Shown here: positions 1 to 13,534 of the stretch, piece after piece
How positions within the stretch are numbered: position 1 is the stretch's first letter
How the letters are laid out: each line of letters begins with the position of its first letter
Assembly (NCBI GenBank): GCA_021613535.1
Contig: CP075496.1
Coordinates: forward strand, 7,874,001 to 7,938,000
From: Adineta vaga
Taxonomy: Eukaryota; Animalia; Rotifera
DNA length: 64,000 nt
Direction: 5' to 3'
Program-made: the position numbers and the translations under genes
Notes under the pieces: model-generated
Database searches by the model: none
Told to the model about the DNA's origin: nothing
The model's input: only the letters and a program-made list of their open reading frames with translations

Positions 1-2345
1 ATCATACAGCGTGATCATGCATTAGTCGGTCCAACACGTCTCTATTTTACCACAACGGATCTTTATATTGCATCAATCAATTGTAATCATGTTGAGTTAA
101 GAACGATAATTACAAATCAATGTCCATCAAAAGATAAAGCAATCTTATGTATCCCATATTTTACAATAAAAAATTATGGAAATCGTTCAAATATATTTCT
201 TATTGAACTAGGCAAATCGAATTATGGTAATGGAGAAGTTCATATGAAATGCTATTCATCATCATTAGCAAGTACAATACATTTATTAGTTAGTCCTGTT
301 ATTGAAGAACGTCCATTGATTCTTTCATCAGCGTTTCAAAATCAATTATTAACACATAAACGTATTGAAAAATCAAAATCGATTCATCCACCAGTTCAAT
401 TAACACATGATACAATTAATCAGACAATATTAGATTCACCATCAACACTAATGAAGGAAAAATCATTGGATCCAACTGATCTCGAGTCTCAACAATCATC
501 ATTAACAACAACGGCAACACCAACAACAAGCCATGAATCAAAAGCACATTTTATTGTTGGCTTTTTTCGTACCATATCAAAAAATGTTTCGAATTTACGA
601 CGTTCAGCTACATTTCATCATAGTAATCATAACAATACAAATCATCATCATAATGAGCAATTAATATCATCAGAAAGTAATAATTTATTATCGAAAAATA
701 AATCAGTTGCATTTAATATTGATGAAAAAACATTTCTGAACGATCAACATCAAATAATCTTACCTGAATCTCAGAAGAAAGCTGAATCAACATCAACAAT
801 GTCATCAACAATGACTAAAGAAACCAGTGAAACAACCTTAACATCAGCATCAACATTAAATGCGAATAAACAAGATTCAACAATGGGTACATATATTGAT
901 ATGGGACCAACAATTTCTAAAATTGATCAAAACCAAGAAGAAAATATTGAAGATGAAGTTATTGTGAAAGAAACAACAGCAACTGCAGAGATTGGTGTGA
1001 ATAGTAAGTAATCTATATTTGAATTTCAGAAAATTTGTAATTGATACGTAATGTTTACATTTATTTATTATTTAAGCAACGATCAGTTTATCACCTTGCG
1101 TTCGTTCAGCAATTATTGTTGGAAATTCAGTTCATTTAATAGCTGATGGTATGAAAATTAATGAGAGAGAAATCAGAATGATTTTGATATATTTTTGTTA
1201 GAAAAAACACTTTTTCCTATTGGTCAACGTTCATTTACTTCACCTGCGAGTGTTATGCAACCATTTAAAACTCAATTAAATGGTCCATCATCGAGTAACC
1301 CTCATGGTAATTAACATTCTTATCCTTTTTCTTTTTAATAAGTTCAACCGAAAAAAGACTTCTTTTCTTTAGCTACATCAGCAGATCTAATCACTTCTTC
1401 ACCAAATAGTTCCAGGTATGTTTTATATCGTCAATTTGAATTCTCATAGAACGTTCGTTTTCTTTCTCGTTTAGTTCTATTCCTCAAGCAAATTCAATTT
1501 CTAATTCTCAACAATCCCTTTTTCTTTCTTACGGTATTGTAACATTCAATAAAAATGATTTATTATCAAATGAACAATCTGAACGTGCAACAAGTCCACC
1601 ATTAGATGGTTCAACACTTGATCGTCGTCTCAATTCTGATCTTAGTCTTATGTCTATGCCTCAACAGCAACATCAAGGCTCATTTGTTCATCCATTGGAT
1701 AGTGTCTTTTCTTCATCAAGTACACAAATCTTTCGTAATCTATCGGTTTCAGCAAATAATATTGGTGATACAAATTCTGGTCAAATTCGAACTCCTCATG
1801 GTTCGATCATATTCTTTGATGAACATCTGAATGATCAAACAGCCACCTATTTACTTGGTTTACCATCGATAATCAATGATGAAACAATTCAAACGAATAT
1901 ATCCCGACTACCATCATTTAATCTATCATCATCAATTTCACGTCCTCAATTATCACATATCGATGAAAAAGAAGTTTCTTCGAACGATCCGTATGCACTA
2001 GTTGAACCGCTGCCTTCGAAGAGTATTTCACCAAAATCATCGTCTATTACAATAAATAATCCTCCATTGACATCAGATACATCATTAGATTACGTCGATT
2101 TACTTATACCACTTCATGTAAATAATGAAAATTCGGATAATCATGATCAACAACAAAACAATAATACAGATGATTTGACTGATGAAAATAATGAGTATGA
2201 AGAAAATGAACGTGAAAATATTGAACAATCATCAACAAAACTTTATACCGATATTGATTTTCATCAGACACAACGTCGTGATCGTATTGTTCAATCTGCA
2301 GCTCGAGCAAAAATGGAAGATCAAGCACCACCATTTGTTCTTTAA
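1..2345 (+). CDS. IRS/DOK/FRS2-type PTB-domain signalling adaptor (5' partial, multi-exon)
   Basis: Frame 1 is open from base 1: ...IPYFTIKNYGNRSNIFLIELGKSNYGNGEVHMKC, which resembles the IRS-type PTB core (IRRxG...FFIEVGR..G.GE). A disordered tail carries Tyr motifs YIDM, YVDL and YTDIDF. Short GT-AG introns lie between ~1007 and 1474; stop at 2345. Confidence 0.7.
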
Positions 2346-2705
2346 AACAAAAAAACAAAAGTTCTTTCTTTTTTCTTCGTTTTTATCTTTGTCTTTAAAC
2401 ATATAACAGTGCCAATTTTATATCTTGCTCAATAATTGAATAGAAAAACAGGAACAAAAAAAAAATTCTAAATGTATTGTTTCTTTTGTTCTGTCAATGA
2501 TTCTTTTTTTTTAATTCTCGGTGTCTGTATAATATGTTCAATTCGAGTCTGTAAATAAAACAAACGACATTTTTGTTTGAAAAATGTTATGTAAAGAGAC
2601 GGTTTTTTTCTTTCCAATTATTTCCTAAAGCTAAAAGAAACAAAAACAAACATGATTTAAAACGTCTGGTAAGAATTGATTCATTTGTATTGAAAAAGTA
2701 AAAAA

Positions 2706-2960
2706 ATGCATTGTATTAAATTTCAAGTTTATCATGGTGGAGATATATACGATATGGTTCTTGCAACAAACTCAACAGATCCATCTGTTGAAGATCTTCA
2801 ACGTCAAATAGAAAGACAATTTCATATTCCGATTAAGAATCAACGAATTTTATTCAAAGGACAAGATTTACATGAAAATCAGCAAGGAAAATTGAGACGA
2901 TATGGTATTACTAATGCTTGTGCTATTCGTGTAGTTGGACGAAAGGAACTATCAGAATAA
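2706..2960 (+). CDS. small stand-alone ubiquitin-like domain protein (BAG1-UBL-like)
   Basis: 84-aa ORF with UBL pattern SVEDLQRQIE...IPIKNQRILFKGQDL...LRRYGITNACAIRVVG; no C-terminal diGly. Confidence 0.75.
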   Translation: MHCIKFQVYHGGDIYDMVLATNSTDPSVEDLQRQIERQFHIPIKNQRILFKGQDLHENQQGKLRRYGITNACAIRVVGRKELSE

Positions 2961-3605
2961 ATATTGACATTTAAATACGTCTTATTTTTTTGTGTAATCT
3001 CAGTAAAAAAGAAGAATAAAAATAACCTTGAGATATGAACAAACAAACGAATAGATAGATTTATCAGCGTCATTTTTCTGATAAGCATTAACAAAAAAAA
3101 TGATATTATAGTGCATGCAACTTTCCCTTTTTGTATTGAGGAGATAACTGAAATTTAAAAACAAGCTATTTACCTATATTTCAATGTTTATTTCTTAAAA
3201 TATTTTGTATCATACAGAATGAAATTTTCAATGATAATTTATCTTATCTTTGTTTTCTTTTAGTTCATCTATTGAAATCATTTTAAGAATATATCGGTCA
3301 AAACTACATAATCATGACCAAATGTATACAAATTTTTTTTGTTCTGTTCTGTGCACTCTTCAAACAATCATACCTTTTTTTCCATGTGCACTGAGTCACA
3401 TGCCTGTTGTGAAGAAGATAAATTTATGTGTTTTTCTTCTTCGTCACTGAAAATATACATAAGTGCTGCGATATCAGCAATGACGAATCATATTTAATCG
3501 TATCTTAGTTCGACTCTAGACAGATAAATTCAACGGTAGTGCAGTCTATTTTGCCACTATTTTATTTTATTCGATTATTGTAACATATTTATATTTACTT
3601 TAACG

Positions 3606-5516
3606 ATGCAACGACAACTTGTGTTTCTCGTTGCCAGTATTGTCTTTTTTGGCATTAGTTTTACTTCAGCAGCTAATTGGGCTGTACTTGTTGCTGGTTC
3701 AAACGGTTGGTATAATTATCGTCATCAATCTGATGTCTGCCATGCCTATCAAATTTTACATAAAAATGGTATTCCAGATTCCAACATCATTGTTTTTATG
3801 TACGATGATTTAGCACAAAATCCACAGTATGTAAATGTGAAACAAGATAATAACAGATTTTGTTCTACATTTGGTTAACTTTTGTTTTGTAGAAATCCAA
3901 CCAAAGGTGTTGTTATCAATCAACCTAATGGACAAGATGTTTATCATGGTGTACCACATGATTATAATGGCAAAGTATGTTCATAGATTGAACACGTTTA
4001 GAAAATTATGTAACTCTTTTACCTACATTATAGGATGTCACACCAAAAAATTTTATCAATGTTTTATTGGGAAACAAAGAAGCTATGAAAGGAATTGGTA
4101 GTGGCAAAGTCTTAGAAAGGTAAGATTTGTATAATTACACAAAGATTACATAGAATAAACTCTTTGGAAAAATTTAATATAATATTCACATATTTTAGTG
4201 GTCCCGATGATAATGTCTTTATCTACTATACAGATCATGGTGCTGTTGGTAAGTTCAATATTTTTATCTCTAGTTCATTCAATTAAATTCATTTTTATCA
4301 TAGGATTGGTTGCTTTCCCAACTGGTGTTGTAAGTTTATACCATCTGTTTTGTTCTATCATCTCAATAATTGAAACTCTTATTCTTACGTTATAGCTCTA
4401 TGCCACAGATTTAAATGATACTATCGCCAAAATGCACAGTCAAAACAAATACAAAGAAGTTCGTAACTTATTTTCCCAAATAGTATTTCCATTAGTTTCT
4501 TTCTTATAGATGGTTATTTACATTGAAGCATGTGAATCAGGTTCAATGCTTGAAAACATCTTACCCAAAGATATCAATATCTATGCTACAACAGCCTCTA
4601 ATGCCAAAGAATCATCCTATGCTTGTTATTATGATGCTAAACGACAAACATATTTAGGTGATGTTTATTCAGTCGTTTGGATGGAAGATTCCGATGTTGA
4701 AGATCTCAGCAAAGAAACATTATATCAACAATTCTTAGTTACACAAAAGAAAACTAATACTAGCCATGTTATGCAATACGGTGATCTTGTAAGACGAAAT
4801 TTTCTTCAGAAACATCTTCTCTAAGCTTCTGACTTATTTGCAGGCTCTTGGTAAAGCTGATACTGTCGGTGAATTTCAAGGTGGAAAAAGTAATTCAAAC
4901 AAAGCTCAACGTAATATCTTGAAAGAAAAATATAACGAATTACTTCGTGTAAGTTCAGTGAAAACGATGTTCTTCATAAAAAAAAGAATAGATTTTCTAG
5001 CGTGATGCTGTACCAACTGAAGATGTTCGTATTTCCATTGTTTCACGTCGTTTAGCAGCAGCTGATGAAAATTCAGTGGAAAAAAGCAATTTAGAACATG
5101 AATTAGTTCAATTACTTAACGTATGCTACGATCAATTCAACTGATTTAAAAAAAAAGGATTTTCTTTAGGATCGCGCTATCATTACTACACGTATTCAAC
5201 AAATTGCATCTAAAGCTTTATCAATGAATCGTGGTGATTACTTTGAAATGGTCACAGCCAAACATATGCCACTTACTCAACATGCTTGTTACAAATCAGT
5301 TACTCAACGTGTTCAAGAAAAATGCTTTGATCTTCCAGTTAGTTAACTTTCACATTTGAATGCCATTCAATTTTCCGTTTCTTCTTCTTTTAGAATGAAT
5401 TCGTCTTAAATAAACTTTACATTATGGCTAATTTATGTGAAATTGGTTTATTTGACTTCACTATCAAGCAAGCTATTGATCAAGTTTGTCAAGAACGTCT
5501 TGATTTCGTTTATTAA
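3606..5516 (+). CDS. LGMN: legumain (asparaginyl endopeptidase, peptidase C13), multi-exon
   Basis: Signal peptide, then [24 protein letters not shown], catalytic YTDHG and [18 protein letters not shown] and a Cys-containing prodomain; stop TAA at 5514-5516. Confidence 0.95.
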
Positions 5517-5810
5517 TTCGCTTTTATTAATCAACAACAACAACAACAACAACACAAACTTAACATGTGATCGCTTGTGTCTTTCATTTCTGTTCTTTTT
5601 TTATTCTTCAAATAAATACTCGACCATCAAAGACACGTTCACACGAACGCACCATACGTTGCGATTGTGACGATTCTTCATCTTTTGCTTTCTTTTTTTG
5701 CCTTTTTCTTTCTTACTTTAAGTGCTGATAAGAAGAACAGCGGCAATAGTAGAAGCAACAACAGTAGAAACAAACAGTCTTTTCCTATTTCATTCTACAC
5801 ACCTCTGTCA

Positions 5811-8800
5811 ATGACGAATACAGATCCTAATAATTTTTATTTCGATCGTAAAAATTATTTTTTACGATTTATTCCACATGAAAATCACAATAATCTAACA
5901 AATGGTGATGAAAATTCACAATCAACAATCAATTCAATTAGTAGAAATATTCGTCACGCATTAGAATATTTTGTCGATGATTTAAGACGTGATCGAAATA
6001 AAACTATAGAACGATTTCTTAATGAATCAACACTCAATGATATCTTTCGTTCACTAGCACAATTATTATTAAATGATGATGACCGGTAAGAATACATCGT
6101 TAATTTCTCATTATAAATTGCTATGATAAACATTTTATTTTTTATTATATTAGAATTTGTGGAAATAGTGCTTATATTATTGGTAGTACAGTTGAATTTG
6201 AATTAGGATTAAAAAGATTTTTAACGATATTTTCTCAAGATCGTACAGCAAATACTGTTGATATTATTCGAGTATTATGTCAATTATTAACACACTCTGA
6301 TTCGGAATGTGCAATGAATGCTGCGGGTACACTTGGTACCATAGTATGTAGGTTTCTTATTTCGAATCTGTGATAATTGTATAAAAAATGAATGGAATTT
6401 CTATGATCAAAATTCTCTTCCGGGTAAAGGAAAACTAAAATCATAAAACTAGAAGACTTTATTCGAAAATAATCATAAAATTGTCACAGATTTTATTATT
6501 ACCTTTCTCATACTAAAACAAATGCTTTTTTATTTTCAAGTGTGGCTCAAAAGAAGGACGTGATTTAATTTTAAATCATGCCTGTATATCACAAATGGTT
6601 ATTAATACATCCGAATTATTATCTTCTACAAATCCATGGATTTCCAGTAATGCTGCATTAGTACTTGCTAGGTCGGTTTTTCATGAAATGACATCATTTC
6701 AATTGAATGATAATCTTTTTTTTTCTCATTAGAATTACTGTTGAGGAACTTGGTTGTCAAGCAGTATTAACACATTCTAAACATCGAGAAATTTTAAATA
6801 AAATTCTTGTTGCACTCGATGTTAGTGATCCAGGTCGATCAACAAATGCTGCTTTTGCAATAGGACGTTTAATTGAAGGTGATGAAGGAAAGAAAATCTT
6901 CATTGCTGATTGTGGACAATATAAACTTGTAAGTTAAGTTTTGACGTTTTATTTTCTTAACAAATGTTATTTCAATCAACTATTCGTTTTTTTTAGTTCG
7001 ATGCATTATTATTGATGCTTGAAATTAATGAAGAAAAAGGTGTAAATAAAAATGCTTGCTATGCACTCAGTTGTTTATGTACAACTCAATTTGGTTTTCA
7101 ATTATGTCTTCAATATCTCAATACTTTTCATCGAATTCTTCTTGCTATTGAGACAATAGTATCATCAATCGATCATGAAACAGTATGGTTTGCTTTGATG
7201 TAAAATTAGTTCATTCATTTCTAAAAACAAACGAAATGAATTGAATTTTGTTTGTATTTTCGATAGGTGTTTACGAACAATCGTGCAATATGATGGTGCT
7301 AATGAACATATTTGCCATTCGAAAACAGTAACTGAAAAATTAATACAAATACGAGCTAATTGGATGAATGATAAAGATATTCAGGATGAAGCAAGAATCC
7401 TATGGTATATGATACATAGAAATATCAAACCGGAACGTCCAAAAATTGACGGTAAATTAGACAAATGATTTTCTTTTCACTTTTATTGATTTTGAATACA
7501 ATTTGGTTTTCTCTTTCAAGAATGTCTGAATAATTCTGCTAATATATCATGGAATATAACTGTACATAGTTGGAATAACGAGGAATTGCAATTTCGTATT
7601 ATTCTCAGTAAGTTTCATTGGTTTTTGTAGAAAAATTTATACTTATAATTCGATAAAAATAGATATTGTCTGTATTGAAATGTCTCTTCGTTTCTCTTTA
7701 GATGATCAAGTGGTAGGTCAAACAGATAAAACAAATTATCAATTAAAAGATTTACAACCAAATACAAGTTATTATCTACAAATTCAATATATAACACCAC
7801 AAGGAGAAAATGTTCGCAGTGATCCCGTTGTATTTCGAACTGACGATGAATGTAAGTTGAATGAGAAAATCGAAATTTATGATTCAATTTTTATATTTAG
7901 TACCTCCACCTGTAAATAATCTACATGTCGAACGAACAACTATGACAGCTGTTCGTATCGCTTGGGATCCACCAGATCTTACTGCATGTAATTCACTTCG
8001 AGGTTATCAAACTTATTTAAGTAAATCATATAAAGATTTGTCAAATCGAAAGACTAAAAAATCAATCTTAATTGTTTAGATGACGAAGAATTTGAATGTA
8101 CAACTGATTGTGAAGTAACAATTGGTGCATTATCAGCTAGTACAACCTATCAAATTGATATATGTGCTGTGAGTAATAAAGGCAAAGGACCACGAGCAGC
8201 AATCAATGTAACAACTGCTTCGGCAGGTATATTCTTATTTTAATATCATCGAAAAAAATATTTTAATCTACGAGTTTTCTTCAATAGGTGATTGTAATCC
8301 AGCACCACCAACGTTTTCTGTCATCGGTCGACGTGAAATACATATTAAATGGCAACCACCAGATGTAATCGCTGGTCGTCTTACTCGTTATGAATTGTTC
8401 TGTAATAGACGATCGATTTATTCAGGTACTGCCCAAGAATATCATGCAACTATGCTTAAATCAGATACAGAATATTCAATGGAAGTGACAGCTATTACAA
8501 ATGAAGGTCGATTTCGTAGTAAACCAGCAAAAGCTCGCACATTGAAAGATGAATGTATGCATTTGACAAGCATCTTGGTTTTCAAAGAAATAATCTATTT
8601 GTTTCTAACATTTAGTTAGCAGTGCACATCGACATTCACTCTATGAACCATCATCTTACAGTCCACCCCGAACACGACGAACTGACACGATCAGTTCATT
8701 GTTTTCTACAGGATTAAATACTACTTCATCAAAAGCATCGTCATCATCATCATCATCGTTAGCTGGACGACGTCTATTCAAAGAGAGTATAGGAACATCA

Positions 8801-9287
8801 GCAAGTCGAAATACTGACATGACTATTGTTCATTCAATTCAACTCAAAGTAAAATTTGTCGATTTGATCCCAATCTATGTACATATATGTATTTGCTAAA
8901 TTTCTTTCAGTCTGAAAATACAAGCAATACTCGAGTCTACCAGCAGTTACAAAAGGTATTCAACCTCGTTCATCTGAATTTATCAAAAAACGAGATACAC
9001 AGCGACATCGAACCGAACCTATATCAATAAATCAACTACAACCCCAAACAAAACTAATATCTGCTTCTGTCATTGTACCTATTCTTGAAATCGATCGCGA
9101 ACCTCATGTAAGATGGGCATCACCTGTTCGATATCCTGTTGTGCAAACAACAGCCTTTCGACTTTCTACATCAACTAAATCAACATTAAGTATGAATGAT
9201 ACACGTCATATTGAACGATCTGCATCCATTTCATTACCAGATTTACCTTCAAATGTTTCACGAACTCAATCGCTTAGTCACACCTAA
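5811..9287 (+). CDS. armadillo-repeat + fibronectin type III domain protein, multi-exon
   Basis: ARM-like helices (NAAGTLG, NAALVLAR, NAAFAIGRL, NACYALSCL) followed by FN3 repeats (YQLKDLQPNTSYYLQIQY, VRIAWDPP, MLKSDTEYSMEVTA) and a Ser-rich tail. The phase of the last exon is ambiguous near 8911-8937. Confidence 0.75.
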
Positions 9288-9525
9288 GCAATTTTTATTG
9301 AATATGTAACGTTTCTTTTTTCCTTTTATCTATTTTTCTCTTGTTCGTGAAGGAGAAAAAAATAAAGAACGGATAGTGTTATCATCATCTCAATTTTTTT
9401 CCTTTTGTCATCATTTCAATAAAAAGAAAGTACGAAGTTGGAGATAAATAATCAAGTGACTCAACATCTTTTCATTTCGTCTGACAGATATTTCTATTTG
9501 AAAGGCATTTTTTTCTCTTCCAGTT

Positions 9526-12500
9526 ATGACAACAAATGGATGGCTTAAGAAAATTAAAAATCAAGCACAAAAAATACAAGGTACTGCAATAACCCATATT
9601 GCACAATTAACAGATACGCTTGACAAAAAACTCAAAGAAGCTCAAGATGATTTAGAAAAGTGCATATATTTAGTTTATTTGCAATAGGAAAATTTATATT
9701 CTATGCTTTTTCTTAAAGACAGCGTCTAAAAGCTGAATCATCGAGAGCAGAAGCTTTGCAACAAGACATATGGCGACCTTCATGGAAAATCCTGATGGTG
9801 AAATTTCAACTGTTACGAAACCACCTCCTATTGGTTAGTTCATGATGTGTTTTTTGATTTGATAAACTAAATATACCTATGGTTGACATTTTTGTAGTGC
9901 TACCAACTGCTCCGACATTACCAGATATTTCACCAATACCAAGTCCATCTGCAGAACCTTTGACTATACTACATGTAAAAAGAAAACGACGTAGTACAAC
10001 AAAAAATGGTAAACTATTGGATTTTAATGTGTCAAATTATAATTTATATGTGATTTCTAGGCTATGTAACGAATTCATCGTCAACTGTTGATGTCGAAAA
10101 TGATTTAGGTAATGAACAGAAAGTTCAATCCATCAAACAAAAAGATGTTCGTAGAGAGATTAAACTTTGCATAAATGCTATTCTGACGGAAATAGTTATT
10201 CAAGAAGAAGTTGATACATGTTTAAATGAATTAGCTAGTATAGTATCAGTTGTTCATGAACTTGTTGATACTACTGTATTCACTGATATATCAGAAAAAG
10301 AAACGATTATATTAGCGCAAGATTTAACTAATTGTCATGAAACCGATACGGAAGGATCTATATTACCGACCAATGAATCCGATCAAGACTTTATTAACGA
10401 AACCGAAATATTGAATGAATCCATCTCGATGAATGATGTTCTTGACGAAATAAATACATCTTTGAATTTACAAAACATTGACGAAAATGATCCACAGTCG
10501 ACAACAATATCGATAGATAATGAACAACCAACGATGACTAATTCTACCGATGCAATAGTAGAACATATTCCTGTAAAAGAAGATACATTAACATGCTTAA
10601 ATATCAACGACACCTCAATCGACCATTTGGATATTGAAAGTACTCAAGAAGATGTACTCACGCCTGTGACAGTGAATGAAGACGCGAAAAGTGTTTCGAG
10701 CGAGTCACAAATTGATGATGTGAATGAAACGGATGACGAATCATCGATCTTAACAAACATTGATAGCACTTCTGCAGTACAAAATAATGTAGATACTGAA
10801 CCAAATGAGTATTCGAATTTGACAATGACCAAAATAAATACAATAGAAAATGAATTACCTACATCGACAGTTGATACAGAAGAAACAGATGTTATTATAT
10901 TGGGAAATACTTCGAAAACACTGCAAAATGAATTTGAAGATTCATTTGAAGAAGTAAAAAGTTCCGATTTATCAAAACAACAATCGACAGAAGAAATCTT
11001 AGATAAGTCGACAAGTTTAGCTGAATTACGTCAGTTTCTTTCTAAAATTGATAACGATTCAGACACTGATGAAGATTTAATATCATCTAAACACAAGGCA
11101 CAATCAACAGATGAAATAATAAACAAATTATCTGAATCAAAAGACATTGTAGATTTGGTCGAAGAAACTCTCCTTTCATCCATATCTTCACATTCAACTT
11201 CGATTATTACTTCCGAATATTTTATCAACGATTCATCAAGTGATGATGAATTCATCAGTGATATCAATGATAAAAGAACTTCAACAATAACTAGTGAAGA
11301 AAAAATCATTGAAAAGAAACGTTTTCCAGCTGCTTATCACCATTCAATTCCACCAGGAACAAAAATATCTCACATGACTTGTTCATCAACTTATATCTAC
11401 ATGTGTACGACTGATTGGAAAATTTTCTATGCAAAACTAAATCATGATGATCTTAATCTTCCATTAAAATGGCAACAACATTCGGATTTTGCTGAACGGC
11501 TCGTTGTTAGTATCACTAATCGAACTGTATGGCGTCTATGGAAAAAACGTCTTTATTCATCGAATGATTCTATAAAACTTCCTCCAATTGGTTCTCAATG
11601 GAATGAAATTAAATTGGAATCCATATTATTAAGCATGTCAATTAATGATCAATGTGGTTGGTACGTACATATATATATATATATAGGATATTCTCAAGGA
11701 TGAACGAATCTGTTTTTGATATCGTAGGTATATCAAACAAGATGGTTCATTATGGTTAGTGCGGACTAATGATGATGGTTGTCAGCCATTAAATGTGGCT
11801 TGTCCATTCGATTTGAATACAATATTTTGTTTTGCAGAAAAAGTCGGTGTGACAACATCGAGCGGAGAAATTATGATACGTGTAGGATGTACAAATGATT
11901 GTCTGGAAGGCGATGGATGGATTTTCATTGATCATAAGTATGAAAAAGAAGAGAAAGAAAGTGAATTTTTGCATTTTTATCTTATAGTTTTGGTCCCATC
12001 GATGATTTTGTATTATTAACTAATAAAGATACAATTTTTATTGTGGATAAAAAACATCATCTCTGGATACATCAATGGTCATCCGATAAAGGATTTTTTG
12101 AAGTTTTGTGTGATGATGATTCGTCAATATGTCATCAGCGATATATCACTAGTGTCAATTCAGCATTTTTATGTCTAACAGATTGTGAAGAAAAACTTCA
12201 GGTCTTCTCAGATTGTTTAACAGGTAAAAGAAATTCTATGAAAAATTCTTCTCTTTGATTGATTTTATCTTTTCAATTAAGGTATTCAATGGAAAGTAAT
12301 TAAGAAGAATACTCGCTTACAACGTTTAATTGGTGCATTTTTCAATGAAGGTTTGTATTTATTTAATAAGATAAAATTTCAATCAGATAAATGTCTCTAG
12401 ATCATGTTTGGGCATTGAATACTGATCGAATGATCTGTACATCTAATGGTCAAATACTTGAAAAACCACGTCAAGCACAATATATAACACATGCTACATT

Positions 12501-13439
12501 TGTTCCAAATAATTTTTCTGCAAGTAAATAAATTCTTTTCTTTATTCTAAAATTTTATCGATTCATTTAGATACTATTCTTTGGTCTTTGGATGAGTCTT
12601 GCAATATTTATGTTCGACCTAATGTAGATGTTGATACACCATGGGAACAATTAAATCAAACTCAATTTGGTTTGTAAAATGAACGTTATTTAACATGAAA
12701 TAAATTGCTTTTTCTTATGGTTAGAATGGAGTCGACGATTAGTACATATGATTTGTAATAATGCTGGTGTATGGGCTGTTGATGATCGAGGTTTAATCCA
12801 TTTCCGTCATGGACATATTTCTGCTAGTCAATATATGAATGAAAATGAATTAACATTATTACCTCCAGCTTGGATTACAATACCTGGAGATGCAAAAAGA
12901 CATCGATATTTTTCACAAGTCTTTTGTGGACCAGCTGATTGGATGGTAGATTTCAAAAATATTAATTTATACGATGTTATCTTATTTCTACTCTTAGGTC
13001 TATGCAACTGATAATAAACAGAATGTTTATGCTCGATTTGGTATTAATGAAGAAAATCGTGTTGGAACCTCATGGAAACCCATTGAAGGTAAACGTTTCC
13101 TAGGTGATCAATTTCATCTTTTCTTGTTTTCTTTAATAGATTGTTCAGCTCTTGAATTAGCTATTAGTGAACATACATTATGGTTGCTGACTAGTTGTGG
13201 TGAAATTCAATGTCGAGAAAATATATCTCTTACAAATCCTATTGGAACACGATCAACAACATTATCGGGCCATTTTCTTTCTCTTACCGGTGTGTATTTA
13301 AAGAAAAAAAAAGAACCTATAAATAGATTCACGATTTTCTTGTCTTTTAGTCTCAATGGATGATAGTCAAGTTTGGGCGCTTGATTCGAAACGTAATCTA
13401 CTAAAACTTGATCGCTTAACTGTTTTATTTGAAAAATAA
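9526..13439 (+). CDS. tectonin beta-propeller repeat protein (TECPR1/TECPR2-like) with long acidic N-terminal region
   Basis: C-terminal exons encode tectonin repeats (VWAVDDRGLIHFRHG, VYARFGINEENRVGTSWKPI, CRENISLTNPIGT); ATG at 9526, stop at 13437-13439. Confidence 0.75.
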
Positions 13440-13534
13440 AAATGTTCAGTTCTTTATATTTTTTCACTCGTTAAAGTTATATAAAAGCTTAAGAAAAAAT
13501 GGATATATATGGAAGACATAAATTGTCCGATTTA

